64,000 nt of DNA from Candidatus Woesearchaeota archaeon (GCA_016181305.1 JACOZN010000012.1:965-64964), one strand, 5' to 3'; positions 19,465-30,457 are shown, numbered from the stretch's first letter. Translations and numbers: made by a program. The notes: generated from the sequence alone by a model not told the origin.

Positions 19465-20835
19465 ATGCCGTTAGGAAGCTACAGGGTTTTGAGCGAGAAG
19501 TACATAAGGCCTCTTTCTGATAGCCCTGCCCCTGAAATTGCTCTCAAAGATAGGAAGTCAATGCAGATTGACGAGCCAAATACAACAGGCTCTTACGGGC
19601 ACGCTGCTCCAATTATGCTTATAGCCAAAGACGGGCTTATAAGCAGGACTTCAAACAACAGGTTCAGGTTTTCTGCAGACGACGTGGACAAAAACGGCAC
19701 GGGCTTCACAAATGATGATTATGGGCAGGGGAAATGGAAATTCGCAGGCGAAGGCAACTATTCTGCCAGGCACAATATAATCCAGAAAATGCCTGAGGTT
19801 GCATATTTTACAGGAATCACTCCTTTGGGCTTGTACATGCATGAAAAGGATACACACCCTAATTTGTTTGCAACTCCAAGAATTGTTGAGGCTGTTGATC
19901 CCAATAGAATAGGGTTTTATGATTATAGAAAACCATCGCAGGATAACAGAAACTTAATGTTTGACAGCATAAACAGGCTGAATTATGAGTCATCTGAATG
20001 GATTAGTTTTCTTGCAGGGAAAGGCATCTCAATTGACACATCAAAAAATCCAGGAGTGCTCGGATTGGGAGTGGAGCAGAGTCCATTTGCAGCAGGATAC
20101 TATCCAAAGCAGGGCTATTTGATGACTGAAATGAATTTCCACAACACAGCCAAAAGAATTATTTCAAGGTATGGACTGGAAGATAAGCCTGAAGCAATTG
20201 AAGCCATGAAGCGCTCAATACTGCTCCATGAGATTGCGCATGTCCTCGGTGTTGGGGGCAAGAAGAGGGATGAAGCATTTCAAGGCAGGCTGCAGTATGA
20301 ATTCTACTCAAGGATGGCTGAAAAATTCAAAGGCACAAAGATGGCAAGAGTTTACAGGGCGCTTGCAGAGGAAGGCGCGGACTATGCAGCATGGTATTCA
20401 AGGACAAGATGGGGAGAACTTTTTGACATAAAGGAAAAAGAAAGCCCGATAGAGTTTTTGATTGCAAAGCTTGAGGCTGACGGAATTGCACTTGAATTAA
20501 GGGGCGAAAAGCTTGAGAGTTATGTAAGCGCAAGGTTTAAGGAAACTTATGGCGCCCTCCGTAACGGCGAGCCGTCCCATAAGAAATCAGCAGGCAGGGG
20601 CTCAAAATCAAGCCAGAAGGCAAAAAATCTGGAAGTTATTGTAGAAGACGACAGCAATTCAAAAGAAGAAATCAGCGAGAAAGGAAGCAATCAAAAAAGA
20701 TACAGCAAAGTAGTCAGCCTTTCAGAATACAAAAGCATGAACGACGCCAAGAAATACGCAAAGGAAGATTCAAAAGAGTCAAAAGAGCAGGAAGAATCTG
20801 AATCACAGCAGTCTGAAACTGCCGAGGCTGCATAG
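19465..20835 (+). CDS. hypothetical protein with HExxH motif and acidic/lysine-rich tail
   Basis: LLHEIAHVLG contains HExxH. The last ~90 aa are low-complexity K/E/S-rich. The metalloprotease call is inference from one motif only. Confidence 0.45.
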   Translation: MPLGSYRVLSEKYIRPLSDSPAPEIALKDRKSMQIDEPNTTGSYGHAAPIMLIAKDGLISRTSNNRFRFSADDVDKNGTGFTNDDYGQGKWKFAGEGNYSARHNIIQKMPEVAYFTGITPLGLYMHEKDTHPNLFATPRIVEAVDPNRIGFYDYRKPSQDNRNLMFDSINRLNYESSEWISFLAGKGISIDTSKNPGVLGLGVEQSPFAAGYYPKQGYLMTEMNFHNTAKRIISRYGLEDKPEAIEAMKRSILLHEIAHVLGVGGKKRDEAFQGRLQYEFYSRMAEKFKGTKMARVYRALAEEGADYAAWYSRTRWGELFDIKEKESPIEFLIAKLEADGIALELRGEKLESYVSARFKETYGALRNGEPSHKKSAGRGSKSSQKAKNLEVIVEDDSNSKEEISEKGSNQKRYSKVVSLSEYKSMNDAKKYAKEDSKESKEQEESESQQSETAEAA

Positions 20836-20863
20836 AAAAATTTATATTTGGAAAAAATAATAA

Positions 20864-21691
20864 TTAAGCAAGTTTCTCAACAACTTTAGCCATAAACATT
20901 CTTCCAAACACAAGGCTGGACAGTATGAGAATTATAGACATTGGCATGATAAGCACGCTTTTTTCCATGAAATAGTACAGCAAAAACGCCGACATAAAAA
21001 ATAAAAAAATATTGATAAAATAAACAGCCAGAATGTAGTGTATTTTCTTTATTCCAATAATCAAAGTCCTTTGAATTACATTTTTTAGTTCAGTCTTCTG
21101 CGCTAATGCTATTGAAACAAGCATAAAGTAGGCAAGGATTATGGAAAGTATCAAAAATGGAACGTATTTCGTGAGCAGTTTTGCGCTCACTTCCGCAATG
21201 CCTGTAATTGGAATGTTAAGCAGCGAGTAGAAGAAAATGAAAACCAAGCCCAAATAAGCCAATGAAATGACAAATATTTTTAAAAAATTCCTTGTTAGCT
21301 GATTAAGGCTGGTTTTATGGATTACCTTATGCACAACAGCCCATTCAATTGACATAAAAAGTATTGGCAATATAAAAATATAAACCAAATAAATCCTAAA
21401 ATTCTTCACTATCTCATTAAAATTCCTGCTTATGAGCAAGGGGTCGTCTCCCAGAATGCTTTTCTGCTCCAGAATGCTCGATGCAACTGACTCTTCGTCA
21501 AGCCTTAAGCTGCTTAGGTATTCGTCAATTGCCCTCTGGCTTTCAATCATTTTGGGGACATAAATGTAGCTGATTTGAAACATTGCTGCGAAAAACCCAG
21601 CCTGCAGGGCTAGCATCAAAAAAAACATCAGCTTGTTTTTCCAAACCAAAGCAAATGATTCTTTCAGAGAATTATAAATTATTTTTGGCAT
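20864..21691 (-). CDS. polytopic membrane protein, terminal gene of island module A
   Basis: The ORF track gives 20864..21712. I prefer the ATG at 21691 (MPKIIYNSL...), which lies 1 nt after the stop of the 2179-aa gene. About 6 TM segments. It resembles the 252-aa protein of module B in size and topology and shares a K-I-H motif. Confidence 0.6.
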   Translation of the reverse strand: MPKIIYNSLKESFALVWKNKLMFFLMLALQAGFFAAMFQISYIYVPKMIESQRAIDEYLSSLRLDEESVASSILEQKSILGDDPLLISRNFNEIVKNFRIYLVYIFILPILFMSIEWAVVHKVIHKTSLNQLTRNFLKIFVISLAYLGLVFIFFYSLLNIPITGIAEVSAKLLTKYVPFLILSIILAYFMLVSIALAQKTELKNVIQRTLIIGIKKIHYILAVYFINIFLFFMSAFLLYYFMEKSVLIMPMSIILILSSLVFGRMFMAKVVEKLA

Positions 21692-21692
21692 T

Positions 21693-24600
21693 TTATGTTT
21701 TGCAGCACACAACGCTGGATGTAGCCTGTTCTTCTATAGCCCCTAAGCACGGGAAGCCTGCAGTCACAAACTGCTTTGAAGTACATGATGTGATATCTTT
21801 GCATGAGCCATATCCATTATCCTTGTCGCCGCACAGCACCTCAAATTTTGTATTAAATGTATCCTGCCCTGCCCGGCTTTTGCTTGTGGCAGTAACCTTT
21901 CCCTGGTATTCTCCGGCAATGCTAAACTCGCTTGTCTGGATTGTGCCTTCAAACACATTCTGCACGGTGGTGGGATTAAAAGTTGCAGTCTTTTCGATTG
22001 AATCAGGACTTGTGTAATAAAATATTATGTCTTTCACGTCACTTGGATTTTTCATTGTTGTGGATATTTTAACAGCTTCTATCTGGTCTTTGCTTACCTG
22101 GGAAGGCTCGACTTTTGCGTCTTTTATAAGAGCGCCCTGCAAGCCGACTCCCTGCGGCCTTTTTGTCTCAATCCTTATAGGTATTATTTTCTGCTGCGGC
22201 TTGTCTGGGTAAAGCACAGGGTCGTTAAAGGAGCATTCCTCAGGATTGCTGAATGAATCAACATTTTGCTTTAAGTGGTACAAAGCAAGCACTAAATTTC
22301 TCGGCGTTGATTGCGGAGTTGCTGCTGTTGTCTGCCTCACTGGCCTTACCTCCAGAGTTCCGCCTACAACGCCGACAGGCTTGTCTGCTCCCTGCGGCTT
22401 TTCCTTCCGCAATGCTGTCCTGCCGTCAGCTGCAAGCTGCAGATTCGCGCTTTTAATCTTCAGCTTAACCCCCTCTTTCTGGATTATAAATGCGCCTTCA
22501 TCCCTGTTTAAATATTCGGACTCTGATATTTTCTTAATGGCTGAGGGGTCTAAAACGCTTACGGAATCCTCGTCGCCGAAGAAGTTTATTGCGCCGTCAT
22601 TATTCATGTCGTAGAACTTAACAAAAACGCGCACTATCTGCTCATTGCTCAATTCCACCGGCTCGATATCCAGGCCCCTTTTGTCGCCAACAATCTGCTC
22701 TACCTGCAAGTCAGACGGCAGGCTTATTGTAACCCTGTACTGATGCGTGCCGTTTGATACTATGGGAACAATATCCTTTTCAACGCCGTCCAAAGTAGCC
22801 CTCAGGCATTTATCCTGCCCTATTTTGTTTACTGTGGCGTCTATGCCTATTGCACTGCCAACGCTGAAAACGAGCTCTTCTCTTTTGTTTATGTCAACGC
22901 CGTCTATCCTCACGTCAGTGAAATAGGCAATTCCCTTCCTGTTTGCAAATGTCGCTCCGTCGCCGCATATGAACGATCCTGACAATTCATCAAGCCTGCA
23001 GTCTAAAATGTCCCTTGCAGTCCTGTCTATCAACGGAAAGTAAAACACTCCGTCATCGTAGCCTTGAGGATAGCAGTTCGGCTTGATGTTTGCCTGTATC
23101 TTCCTGTCAGTCCTTAGCGTGAATTTCAGATGATCATACCTAACATTGTCGTCTATAACTCGCCTGCCTGAAGGAATTGCCTTTTCCTCAAGGACATTCT
23201 GCTTAAGCCTTCCATTAAACACCAATGGCCCTTTTCTTTCATCTGCAAGATTTATGCAGTCGCACTGGCTGTAGGCAGCTGACGTGCCCAAAGCGCCTGT
23301 ATAGGCAATTGAAGGCGCCCCCAATGCCCCGCAGTTTATCTGGTTGGGGTACAAGTCAAGCTGCTTTCTTCCAACGCATGCCAATTGAACATCATACCTC
23401 TCAAAGTCGCAGCCCGGGTTGATTATCCAGGACGCCCTGTACTCGTATTTTGGGGTAAACCTGACTGGATCAACAGTCAGAAATTCCCTGCTTCTTGTTA
23501 TCGGCTGCACCAATGTTGCAAATGGAGTTGCGTATGCGGCATCAACAATGTTTTTCACATTGATTTCCCAGTCATAGCCGAAAGCCCCAAGGCATATTTT
23601 TCTTGCAACGCTTTCCTCTCCTGTGCCGAGGATTTCGTTAAGCTTCGCATTTCCATACTCGTTTCTTAGCTGCTGCTGCAAGTCAGTAATGCCTTCATGA
23701 ATTCCCTTGAATCCTGACTTTACATATTCTATTATGCTGTCGCTCTGCGCATTGACGTCTGTGCCAGACTCTTGCGGAGTGCAGCCGTCTACAAACCACC
23801 TTATAACCTGCCATATCGCGCTGCACAGGTATTGCGTGAACAATTCCTTGCACGCCCCTGAGTCTCCCCTTCCTGTTGTTCTCACTTGTATTAAGCACGT
23901 TGACATTGATGTCATAAGATTCTTGATGAACTGTATCCTGTTGCTTATCCCTGCAAGGTGCACGCATTGCACCGCAGCCCAGTGGTCCTTGAAAGGGTCA
24001 ACTGCCATCACAGTCTCGGGCTTGAACGGCTCGTAAATCCAGTGGTTCTGCCCGAAGCATGCAGGCAGGTCTCTTCCCTCAATGTATCTTTTCGGGTTGT
24101 ATTCATTATGCACAACAGACGTGTCATCCACATCTCTTGCCTCAAACTTTTCCTTGAAATACCTGTAGCTCCATTTCATCTGTTCAAAATCAGTTGAGCC
24201 AAGCCCTTGTGTCTCCGCAGATGCGCTGGCTTTTTTTGGCTCATGGACTGGGCTTTGGGTTTCATACACTGCCTTGTCATCAGGGCTGTAGTAATTTGTT
24301 GTCAGTTTTGTTTCCTTTGCATTTATGCAGCAGCATTCCTCCCTTGTTGCAGTCAAGTCGCTTACTGCTTCGGCATTATTGCCTGTGTAGAAGCAGTCAT
24401 TTGTGTAGCCTGCTGTAAGCGCAGATTGGATGGAGTATATACTGCCATTAATTGCCGAAATTTGCTTATTTTGGTTGAATGACCTGCAAGTGTCGACTTT
24501 TGTGCACGCATACCCAATTTTATTTGATGATTTTGATTTTGGGTCTGGCTCTATTTGAATTGGGGTTCCTCCAAGATTTACTTTATTCTTTTTTTGCTGG

Positions 24601-27600
24601 TCTTGCGGCTTTACCCCGCAAATCTCTGCACAGCTCTTTTGCTGGGCGGTTATATAATGGAATTCATCTTTTTTGACTGCATAACTTATTGTAATTTCAG
24701 ATGGGCCAGTCAAGCGCTCTAATTCATATAGGTTGCCAGTAGATTGTTTTCCCAGCCTGAAAAGCGCTTTCTTTCCTCCTTTTTCCACCTTAAAGCACTT
24801 ATCATCAATGTTGTATATTTCTTTATTTAGCTGAAACGAAGCTGCCACATCCCTGCATTTCTCTGGATTTAAAGGCAGCCCTCTTACGCTCTGGTCAACT
24901 CCGCACCCTTCAATGCTTGTAACTTTATTGTATAAATCCGTATCATCCTTCTTCTCAGTCCATTTTGCAGGGGCTGCATGCCCGAACACCCTGTCGCAGC
25001 TCCACCTGAACCAGTTGTATGCGCTCGCCTCTGACTCCCATGCGCCTGCAGACGCAGGGAAGCACTTTCTCAGGTCAGCGTCAGTGACATATTTCATCTG
25101 GAAGCTGCCTTTCTTCTCGGCAATGTCCTCCATCATCCTCTGGCAGTCATCCTTGTCGCCTTTGTTGGCAGGCTTCAAAGGCTTTTTCTCAAAAAGCTCG
25201 AAAATCTCCGAGGCTCCCAGCCCCCTTTTCAGAATCAAAAACGGCTTTTCCTCCCAGAAAGCAATCCATCTCCTGTAAATGCCAAGAACCAGGTTCAATC
25301 CGAATGATGCAATGCAGCCGACTGCTGCAAAATCAAGCAGCTTGTCAATCTGCTCCTGCACTGAAGTCAAAGTCTTTATGGAGCTCTGCAAAAAATTTAC
25401 AAAGTCAAAAAGCAGCCAGTCAGGCAAAAATTTCCTGGGATCTATTATGGTGCTGTCAACAACATAGCTTACCTGCTCGCAAGTTGTCTGCGTTTCTGTC
25501 TCCAGAACACCGTCATTGTCCATGTCGTGCTGGTATGTTATTTTCACCTTCACAGGGAATGTGAGTTCCTTGTTGATAGCCTTCAGGAAGCTTTTCCAGT
25601 CCTTTTCCAAAAATGAGTCCATGCCCGGGAATCTTGAAAGCGTCATAGCCGAGTAAGAAACCGTGTTGTCAGGCGGGTTGAGCAGCTTCGGGCTATTGCT
25701 TGAAGGCATAATCTGGCAGCTTATATTGAACCTCGGGTCAAGCAGCTCCCTTGTGCTGCACGCCTTTGATAATAAGACTCCTTTTATCTTTGGATTTATG
25801 CCTCTTCCTATGTAAGAGTAATTAAAGATAAAGTAAATGGTTTCTGTGCCTTCTGCCATCCTTTCAGTGCTGAGGAATGGCGGGCTCTGGTAATTGGCAA
25901 GGGGAATCACGTCCCAGCTTTGGTTGCCGCTCCAGCATGTGCCAATCCTGACGCTTCTTGTCGCAAAGCCCCTCTGCCCCGTGGCGTCAGTTGCAATCAC
26001 AACAAGCGTTGTTGTTTTTGAATCCTTGGCTTCCTCAAGGCTTGTGTCCCTGAAATCCGAGACAGGCACCTCCCTGAGGCGGGCAGCGCCGCCGAAAATT
26101 GCAGTCAAATCCACATTCTCAAACTTGAAATTCCCGCTGCTGTCCGATGTTGTCGAGAAATCAGCCCCTGTGCTGCATAAAGATTTTGAAGCGACATTGA
26201 ACCTGCATTTTGCATCAAGCTGGGGCTCTGCAATATTTTGGACTTCATTAGCCAATCCGCTTAATTCAAAAGTGGCGTTGAAGCTGCTGAAAGGGGTCCT
26301 GTCAACAAACAGATGAACTCTGGCATTCGGCTTTGTTGTCCCAATAACGTTAACTTCGTTGGCTGCATTCTCGAAAAGCAGGGCGCCGCTTGGGGGGCTT
26401 GTTATCTTTACATCAGGCTTCTTTGTATCAAGCACAACATTCCTTTCAAAAACAACGCTGTTTTCAGCCCTGTCTTCGAATACAAGCTTTATGAAATAAT
26501 TTCCATCGCCTTTGTTCAGCCTTATTCCAAAATTAAAGACTCCGCTGCCGTTGAGCACGAGGACAGGTTTTCTGAAGTCCTCAAGTATGTCGACTTCAGG
26601 ATATTTGAGGTTCAATATCGCTCCCCCTTTCAGGGTGGTTGCTGCAACAGGCCCTGATTTCGGCCCTTCGTTTGCAAAGTTATTGACTGCTGAAACCTCG
26701 TATGTGTAGGTTTTCCCGCTGTCAACCAAGGCATCTATGAACAGGTTAAAATTTGCCGGCTTTGTCAGCGCAATCGGGCTCGAATCCTCCCTATAAACAA
26801 CATAATGGCTGAAATCCTTGTCTTTGGACTCGTCCCAGTGCAGCTCGACAAAATTCTGCCCTATCCTGGTGGCATTCAGCCCTGCAATCCTTGAGGGCAC
26901 TGCAGTGTCGTTGGCTTTTGCGTCGACAAAAACCTTTATCAGCGCCTGCTCGTTCACAAAGCCGCTTATTGTAAGATTCTGTTTTGATGTGAGGGACGGA
27001 ATGTCGTCAAGCTGCACAACAGGCTTTTCAGTGTCGACACTAACCTCGAATATTTTCTGGTTTCTGTTGCCTGACTTGTCAGCAACTGTTATCTTTACAA
27101 TATTGTCATTGTTCAGCTGAATCTGGCTGAAGACAAACCTGCCTGAGCTTCCGACTTCGTTCCCGCTGAGGCTTCTTTTTGGGATTCCCATGTCATTGAC
27201 GAACAGGCTTACGGACGAGAAAGGCTCTGTGGAGCCGACTATGTCAATCACCCTCCTGTTTACAAACCTGGGGATTGAGGCATTGATGAAAGGAGGGGTT
27301 ATGTCCCTTCCCGCAGTGAAGTTCCGGCCTGAGGAGTTTGCGCAGTTGCCTGATGCGTCGCACGACTTGACAATGAAAATGTATCTTGTATTTTTTACAA
27401 GCCCGTCTATCACAATTGAATGGTTGGTTACAAGCTGGGTTGAGCTTTTGATTTTGTCGGTCCTGTTGGTGCCGTAAAGCACTATCGTTGTTGCATTCTC
27501 GTCAGTCAGCCATGTTGCCCTTGCAGTTGTATCAGCCACAGGAAGTATGTCTACGCTTGTTATTGCAGGAGCAGAAGAATCAACTGCGCCTGTCGAGGCT

Positions 27601-28232
27601 GCCAAGGTGTTTGACTGGGCGCCTTCATTGCCGCTGGCATCAACCGCAGAAACCCTGTAGCTAAAGGAGCTTTTTGCCTGCAATCCCGTGTCATTAAATG
27701 TGTTTGCCGTTGAATTGCCCACAACTGCAAAATTCCTGTAAATCAAATAGTGGCTCAGGTCTGGGATATTCATGCTGTTCCATGAAATAGATATCGAATC
27801 CTGTGTTGAAGACAATGCGCTCAGGCCAGTGACTTGCGGAGGAGGCGTTATGTCTGCTGTCCTGAAAGTGTAAAAGCTGTTTGAGTTGTTGTCTGTTGCT
27901 GAGCTGCCCGCCAAGTTCATGGACTCAACTGCAAAAAAGTATGTTGTATCGCTCTCAATCCCGCTTATTACCGTCACCGTGTGGTTATTGACGAAGTTGT
28001 CATGGACTTGCTTGAATCCCAGGGCCGATGTCTTGCCGTAATGCACTTTTCCGTCTGCCATCTCGTCTGTAGTCCACTCGATTGTTGCGGAGTTTGAGGT
28101 TACCTTTGTAGCCCTTGCATTGGATATTGTAAGTCCATAAACATTTGCAGTGTAGAAAGGCAGCGTCAGAACCAGCTGTATCATGAGCACGGTCATCAAT
28201 TCAGTTATTTTTAACTTGGCTTTTGAATTCAT
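21693..28232 (-). CDS. giant secreted Cys-rich surface protein (2179 aa), FN3/Ig-like N-terminal repeats
   Basis: Uninterrupted 6.5 kb ORF. The signal peptide ends LVLTLPFYTANVYG. At least 4 FN3-like units are present (ATIEWTTDE..., ISISWNS...YLIYRN, ARATWLTDE..., VELHWDES...YVVYRE). There is one internal hydrophobic segment and many Cys in the C-terminal ~1300 aa. Confidence 0.85.
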   Translation of the reverse strand: MNSKAKLKITELMTVLMIQLVLTLPFYTANVYGLTISNARATKVTSNSATIEWTTDEMADGKVHYGKTSALGFKQVHDNFVNNHTVTVISGIESDTTYFFAVESMNLAGSSATDNNSNSFYTFRTADITPPPQVTGLSALSSTQDSISISWNSMNIPDLSHYLIYRNFAVVGNSTANTFNDTGLQAKSSFSYRVSAVDASGNEGAQSNTLAASTGAVDSSAPAITSVDILPVADTTARATWLTDENATTIVLYGTNRTDKIKSSTQLVTNHSIVIDGLVKNTRYIFIVKSCDASGNCANSSGRNFTAGRDITPPFINASIPRFVNRRVIDIVGSTEPFSSVSLFVNDMGIPKRSLSGNEVGSSGRFVFSQIQLNNDNIVKITVADKSGNRNQKIFEVSVDTEKPVVQLDDIPSLTSKQNLTISGFVNEQALIKVFVDAKANDTAVPSRIAGLNATRIGQNFVELHWDESKDKDFSHYVVYREDSSPIALTKPANFNLFIDALVDSGKTYTYEVSAVNNFANEGPKSGPVAATTLKGGAILNLKYPEVDILEDFRKPVLVLNGSGVFNFGIRLNKGDGNYFIKLVFEDRAENSVVFERNVVLDTKKPDVKITSPPSGALLFENAANEVNVIGTTKPNARVHLFVDRTPFSSFNATFELSGLANEVQNIAEPQLDAKCRFNVASKSLCSTGADFSTTSDSSGNFKFENVDLTAIFGGAARLREVPVSDFRDTSLEEAKDSKTTTLVVIATDATGQRGFATRSVRIGTCWSGNQSWDVIPLANYQSPPFLSTERMAEGTETIYFIFNYSYIGRGINPKIKGVLLSKACSTRELLDPRFNISCQIMPSSNSPKLLNPPDNTVSYSAMTLSRFPGMDSFLEKDWKSFLKAINKELTFPVKVKITYQHDMDNDGVLETETQTTCEQVSYVVDSTIIDPRKFLPDWLLFDFVNFLQSSIKTLTSVQEQIDKLLDFAAVGCIASFGLNLVLGIYRRWIAFWEEKPFLILKRGLGASEIFELFEKKPLKPANKGDKDDCQRMMEDIAEKKGSFQMKYVTDADLRKCFPASAGAWESEASAYNWFRWSCDRVFGHAAPAKWTEKKDDTDLYNKVTSIEGCGVDQSVRGLPLNPEKCRDVAASFQLNKEIYNIDDKCFKVEKGGKKALFRLGKQSTGNLYELERLTGPSEITISYAVKKDEFHYITAQQKSCAEICGVKPQDQQKKNKVNLGGTPIQIEPDPKSKSSNKIGYACTKVDTCRSFNQNKQISAINGSIYSIQSALTAGYTNDCFYTGNNAEAVSDLTATREECCCINAKETKLTTNYYSPDDKAVYETQSPVHEPKKASASAETQGLGSTDFEQMKWSYRYFKEKFEARDVDDTSVVHNEYNPKRYIEGRDLPACFGQNHWIYEPFKPETVMAVDPFKDHWAAVQCVHLAGISNRIQFIKNLMTSMSTCLIQVRTTGRGDSGACKELFTQYLCSAIWQVIRWFVDGCTPQESGTDVNAQSDSIIEYVKSGFKGIHEGITDLQQQLRNEYGNAKLNEILGTGEESVARKICLGAFGYDWEINVKNIVDAAYATPFATLVQPITRSREFLTVDPVRFTPKYEYRASWIINPGCDFERYDVQLACVGRKQLDLYPNQINCGALGAPSIAYTGALGTSAAYSQCDCINLADERKGPLVFNGRLKQNVLEEKAIPSGRRVIDDNVRYDHLKFTLRTDRKIQANIKPNCYPQGYDDGVFYFPLIDRTARDILDCRLDELSGSFICGDGATFANRKGIAYFTDVRIDGVDINKREELVFSVGSAIGIDATVNKIGQDKCLRATLDGVEKDIVPIVSNGTHQYRVTISLPSDLQVEQIVGDKRGLDIEPVELSNEQIVRVFVKFYDMNNDGAINFFGDEDSVSVLDPSAIKKISESEYLNRDEGAFIIQKEGVKLKIKSANLQLAADGRTALRKEKPQGADKPVGVVGGTLEVRPVRQTTAATPQSTPRNLVLALYHLKQNVDSFSNPEECSFNDPVLYPDKPQQKIIPIRIETKRPQGVGLQGALIKDAKVEPSQVSKDQIEAVKISTTMKNPSDVKDIIFYYTSPDSIEKTATFNPTTVQNVFEGTIQTSEFSIAGEYQGKVTATSKSRAGQDTFNTKFEVLCGDKDNGYGSCKDITSCTSKQFVTAGFPCLGAIEEQATSSVVCCKT

Positions 28233-28249
28233 TTTATTGCTTATTTATC

Positions 28250-30178
28250 TCATTTTAATTCAGGGGCGGGGACATTTTTTGAGTACGAGCTGAGCCCGGA
28301 AACAAACAAAAGCATCTCATCCTCTGATGCAGGCCCCTGCTCCACCACATGGAACACGATTTCATTTGCATTTAACAATGCGCTTTTGCTTGCCTTCAGC
28401 TCGCCGATGTAGCCTGCTACAATACTTTCTTCGTCTGTGACATAAATTTCCACGTCATAAGACGCGTCCCTGTCCGCAATCTTGAGCGGGAATTGCGACT
28501 CCTGCGGGTAGGCTGCAAAGCTCTCGAATCCAAAGTCCTTTCCTTTTATTGATATAGAGGCTTTTTCATTCGGAGCCAGGCTGCTTGAAACAGATGGATT
28601 TGAAAGCAGGTGCTTCACAACCATGTAGTTATTGAATTCTTTTACTGGGTTGAGCGCCAGCACATACGAGCGCCCGTCAACATCAGTCTGTATAAAGGAT
28701 GCAGCATCGCCAAAGCCTCCCTTTTCGCCCTTTATGACGCCGTAGACGCAGTACGGGAACAATCTTGTTATGCCTGCTGCAGCTCCGAGGCTGAGCCAGT
28801 CGCTCTGCCCCATGCCGCAATAATAGCGCCCGCATACAAAGGTCAAATTCACGCCTTTTATGTCATCTCCCGTCGAATTGTCGACGGTAAAAATCGTCAC
28901 CTCATTCTGCACATTGCTGCAGTAGTCATCCTGGCTTAAGTCCGGGGGAATATCAAACAATGTCGCGCCTGACTTAAGCCTGTTGGGCTGGTTGTGGTCA
29001 ATGGAAGCCCTGAATGCAAAGCTGAACTGGTAAGGCTTGTTTGACTCAGTCTCCTGGTCAAAGATTGAGGCAACAACAGGGAAATTTATGTCGTATGTGA
29101 AATGCCATATCTGTAGGCAGAAGAACGAAAGCTTGTCAGTCCCTTTTTGCGCATTGCTCCTCAAAATGCCGTTTTCGCTGGGCCTCGCGTAAATACTCAT
29201 TGGCCAGCCTTCATAGGCAAACGAGACTTTCATATTGCTGTATTTTCCCGGGTCTTTGTCTATCTCCCATATGTAATGCTGCTGGAAATAAGTGTCTGAG
29301 TAGACACTCCTGCCGGCAGGGTTCGGAACATACAAATTTGGGTTGTAGTCTGTGCCCTTTACCCTTATGTAAGGCAGGTTGATCCTCAGCAAATTCTTTA
29401 ATTTCTCTTTTATGCTGCTAAGCTGCCATGTCTTCGGGCTGCAGCCCGCCTCTACATCTGTGGTAGGAATGTCCACGTCCATGGACATCAGGTCTATTGC
29501 CTTTCTCTCTATAAAATAATCCTTGTTCTCCCTTTCCATAATCAGCTTTGCAGCCTCGTACACTTTCTTAAATCTTATTGGAAGCGTGTAGCCAAACCTT
29601 TCAAGAAGCGCCTTGAAATTGCCTTCCTTTCCAATGACCTCCACATGGTAATCCAGCTCTACAGAGACATCATTCTCGTTGAACTTCACTGCGGCAACCG
29701 GCTTTTTCAATTCGTTTATCTCGAATCTTCCGCTGAACGGCTCGAAATCACTGATGCAGCTTTTCAATTCCGACTCTATGTGGCTTGCGAGCTGCTGGTT
29801 TATGAATTCCTCTGTCGGGACAGCCTCAATGCCGTCATGCCACCAGTACGGCATTTTGAAGCCTCCGGCGGGAAATGCCGCCAGATACGCCCTTTGGTCG
29901 CTTTTTATACTTTCAGGCACGCTTATGTAGCCGCCGCCCAGCCCTATTCTTTCCAGGCCGTCCTGCGCAACACTTTTTATGCAGTCTTCTATATAGACTT
30001 TCACGGGAAGCGCCTCGGGCTGCACAACTTCCACAATATCCCGGAATATCTGCCTCTGGTAAAGAAAATAAACAACCCCTGAAAGCAGGATTACCATGGC
30101 TATTATTATGAAAATTGCCGCCTGTGATTTTGAACTGCGGATTAATGCAGTGAATTTACCTCTTTTTTTTATGCTCAT
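28250..30178 (-). CDS. KxQ-anchor / GGY-domain family protein (642 aa), paralog 1
   Basis: N-terminus is ...RSSKSQAAIFIIIAMVILLSGVVYFLY, then CIKSVAQDGLERIGLGGGY, LKSCISDFEPF, VSVELDYHVEV, LPIRFKKVYEAA. These motifs are shared with 3 other ORFs. Confidence 0.8.
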   Translation of the reverse strand: MSIKKRGKFTALIRSSKSQAAIFIIIAMVILLSGVVYFLYQRQIFRDIVEVVQPEALPVKVYIEDCIKSVAQDGLERIGLGGGYISVPESIKSDQRAYLAAFPAGGFKMPYWWHDGIEAVPTEEFINQQLASHIESELKSCISDFEPFSGRFEINELKKPVAAVKFNENDVSVELDYHVEVIGKEGNFKALLERFGYTLPIRFKKVYEAAKLIMERENKDYFIERKAIDLMSMDVDIPTTDVEAGCSPKTWQLSSIKEKLKNLLRINLPYIRVKGTDYNPNLYVPNPAGRSVYSDTYFQQHYIWEIDKDPGKYSNMKVSFAYEGWPMSIYARPSENGILRSNAQKGTDKLSFFCLQIWHFTYDINFPVVASIFDQETESNKPYQFSFAFRASIDHNQPNRLKSGATLFDIPPDLSQDDYCSNVQNEVTIFTVDNSTGDDIKGVNLTFVCGRYYCGMGQSDWLSLGAAAGITRLFPYCVYGVIKGEKGGFGDAASFIQTDVDGRSYVLALNPVKEFNNYMVVKHLLSNPSVSSSLAPNEKASISIKGKDFGFESFAAYPQESQFPLKIADRDASYDVEIYVTDEESIVAGYIGELKASKSALLNANEIVFHVVEQGPASEDEMLLFVSGLSSYSKNVPAPELK

Positions 30179-30194
30179 TTTTACACCATATTTA

Positions 30195-30350
30195 TCATTT
30201 GGATTTCTTATTCAGCGCCTTCACGTCAATCTTGCTCAGGTCAATCTCCACATAGTCCTTCTCCGTCAGATTAAGAACCTTGACTATATCAGAAGGCACC
30301 CTTACAACAAGCCCTCCGCTTGTCTTCATCAGCTTTTTTGTGTACTTCAT
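30195..30350 (-). CDS. AbrB/SpoVT-like small DNA-binding protein (51 aa; absent from ORF track)
   Basis: My own translation: MKYTKKLMKTSGGLVVRVPSDIVKVLNLTEKDYVEIDLSKIDVKALNKKSK. The G-x-V-x-(I/V)P...L-x-L...D-x-V pattern is typical of the swapped-hairpin AbrB fold. It ends 16 nt before the 642-aa gene. Confidence 0.6.
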   Translation of the reverse strand: MKYTKKLMKTSGGLVVRVPSDIVKVLNLTEKDYVEIDLSKIDVKALNKKSK

Positions 30351-30457
30351 TTCATATATGAAATATAGATATTTTATATATTTTTTATATATTTCTCAAT
30401 ATTAAAAAGGATAGATTTATATATAAATTATATATGAGATTTATAAATATTGCGGTT

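Noticed and set aside
30096-30368. Plus-strand 90-aa ORF from the track.
   Set aside because: It is antisense to a better-supported 51-aa AbrB-like gene that fits the operon orientation. The plus-strand product is low-complexity with no signals.
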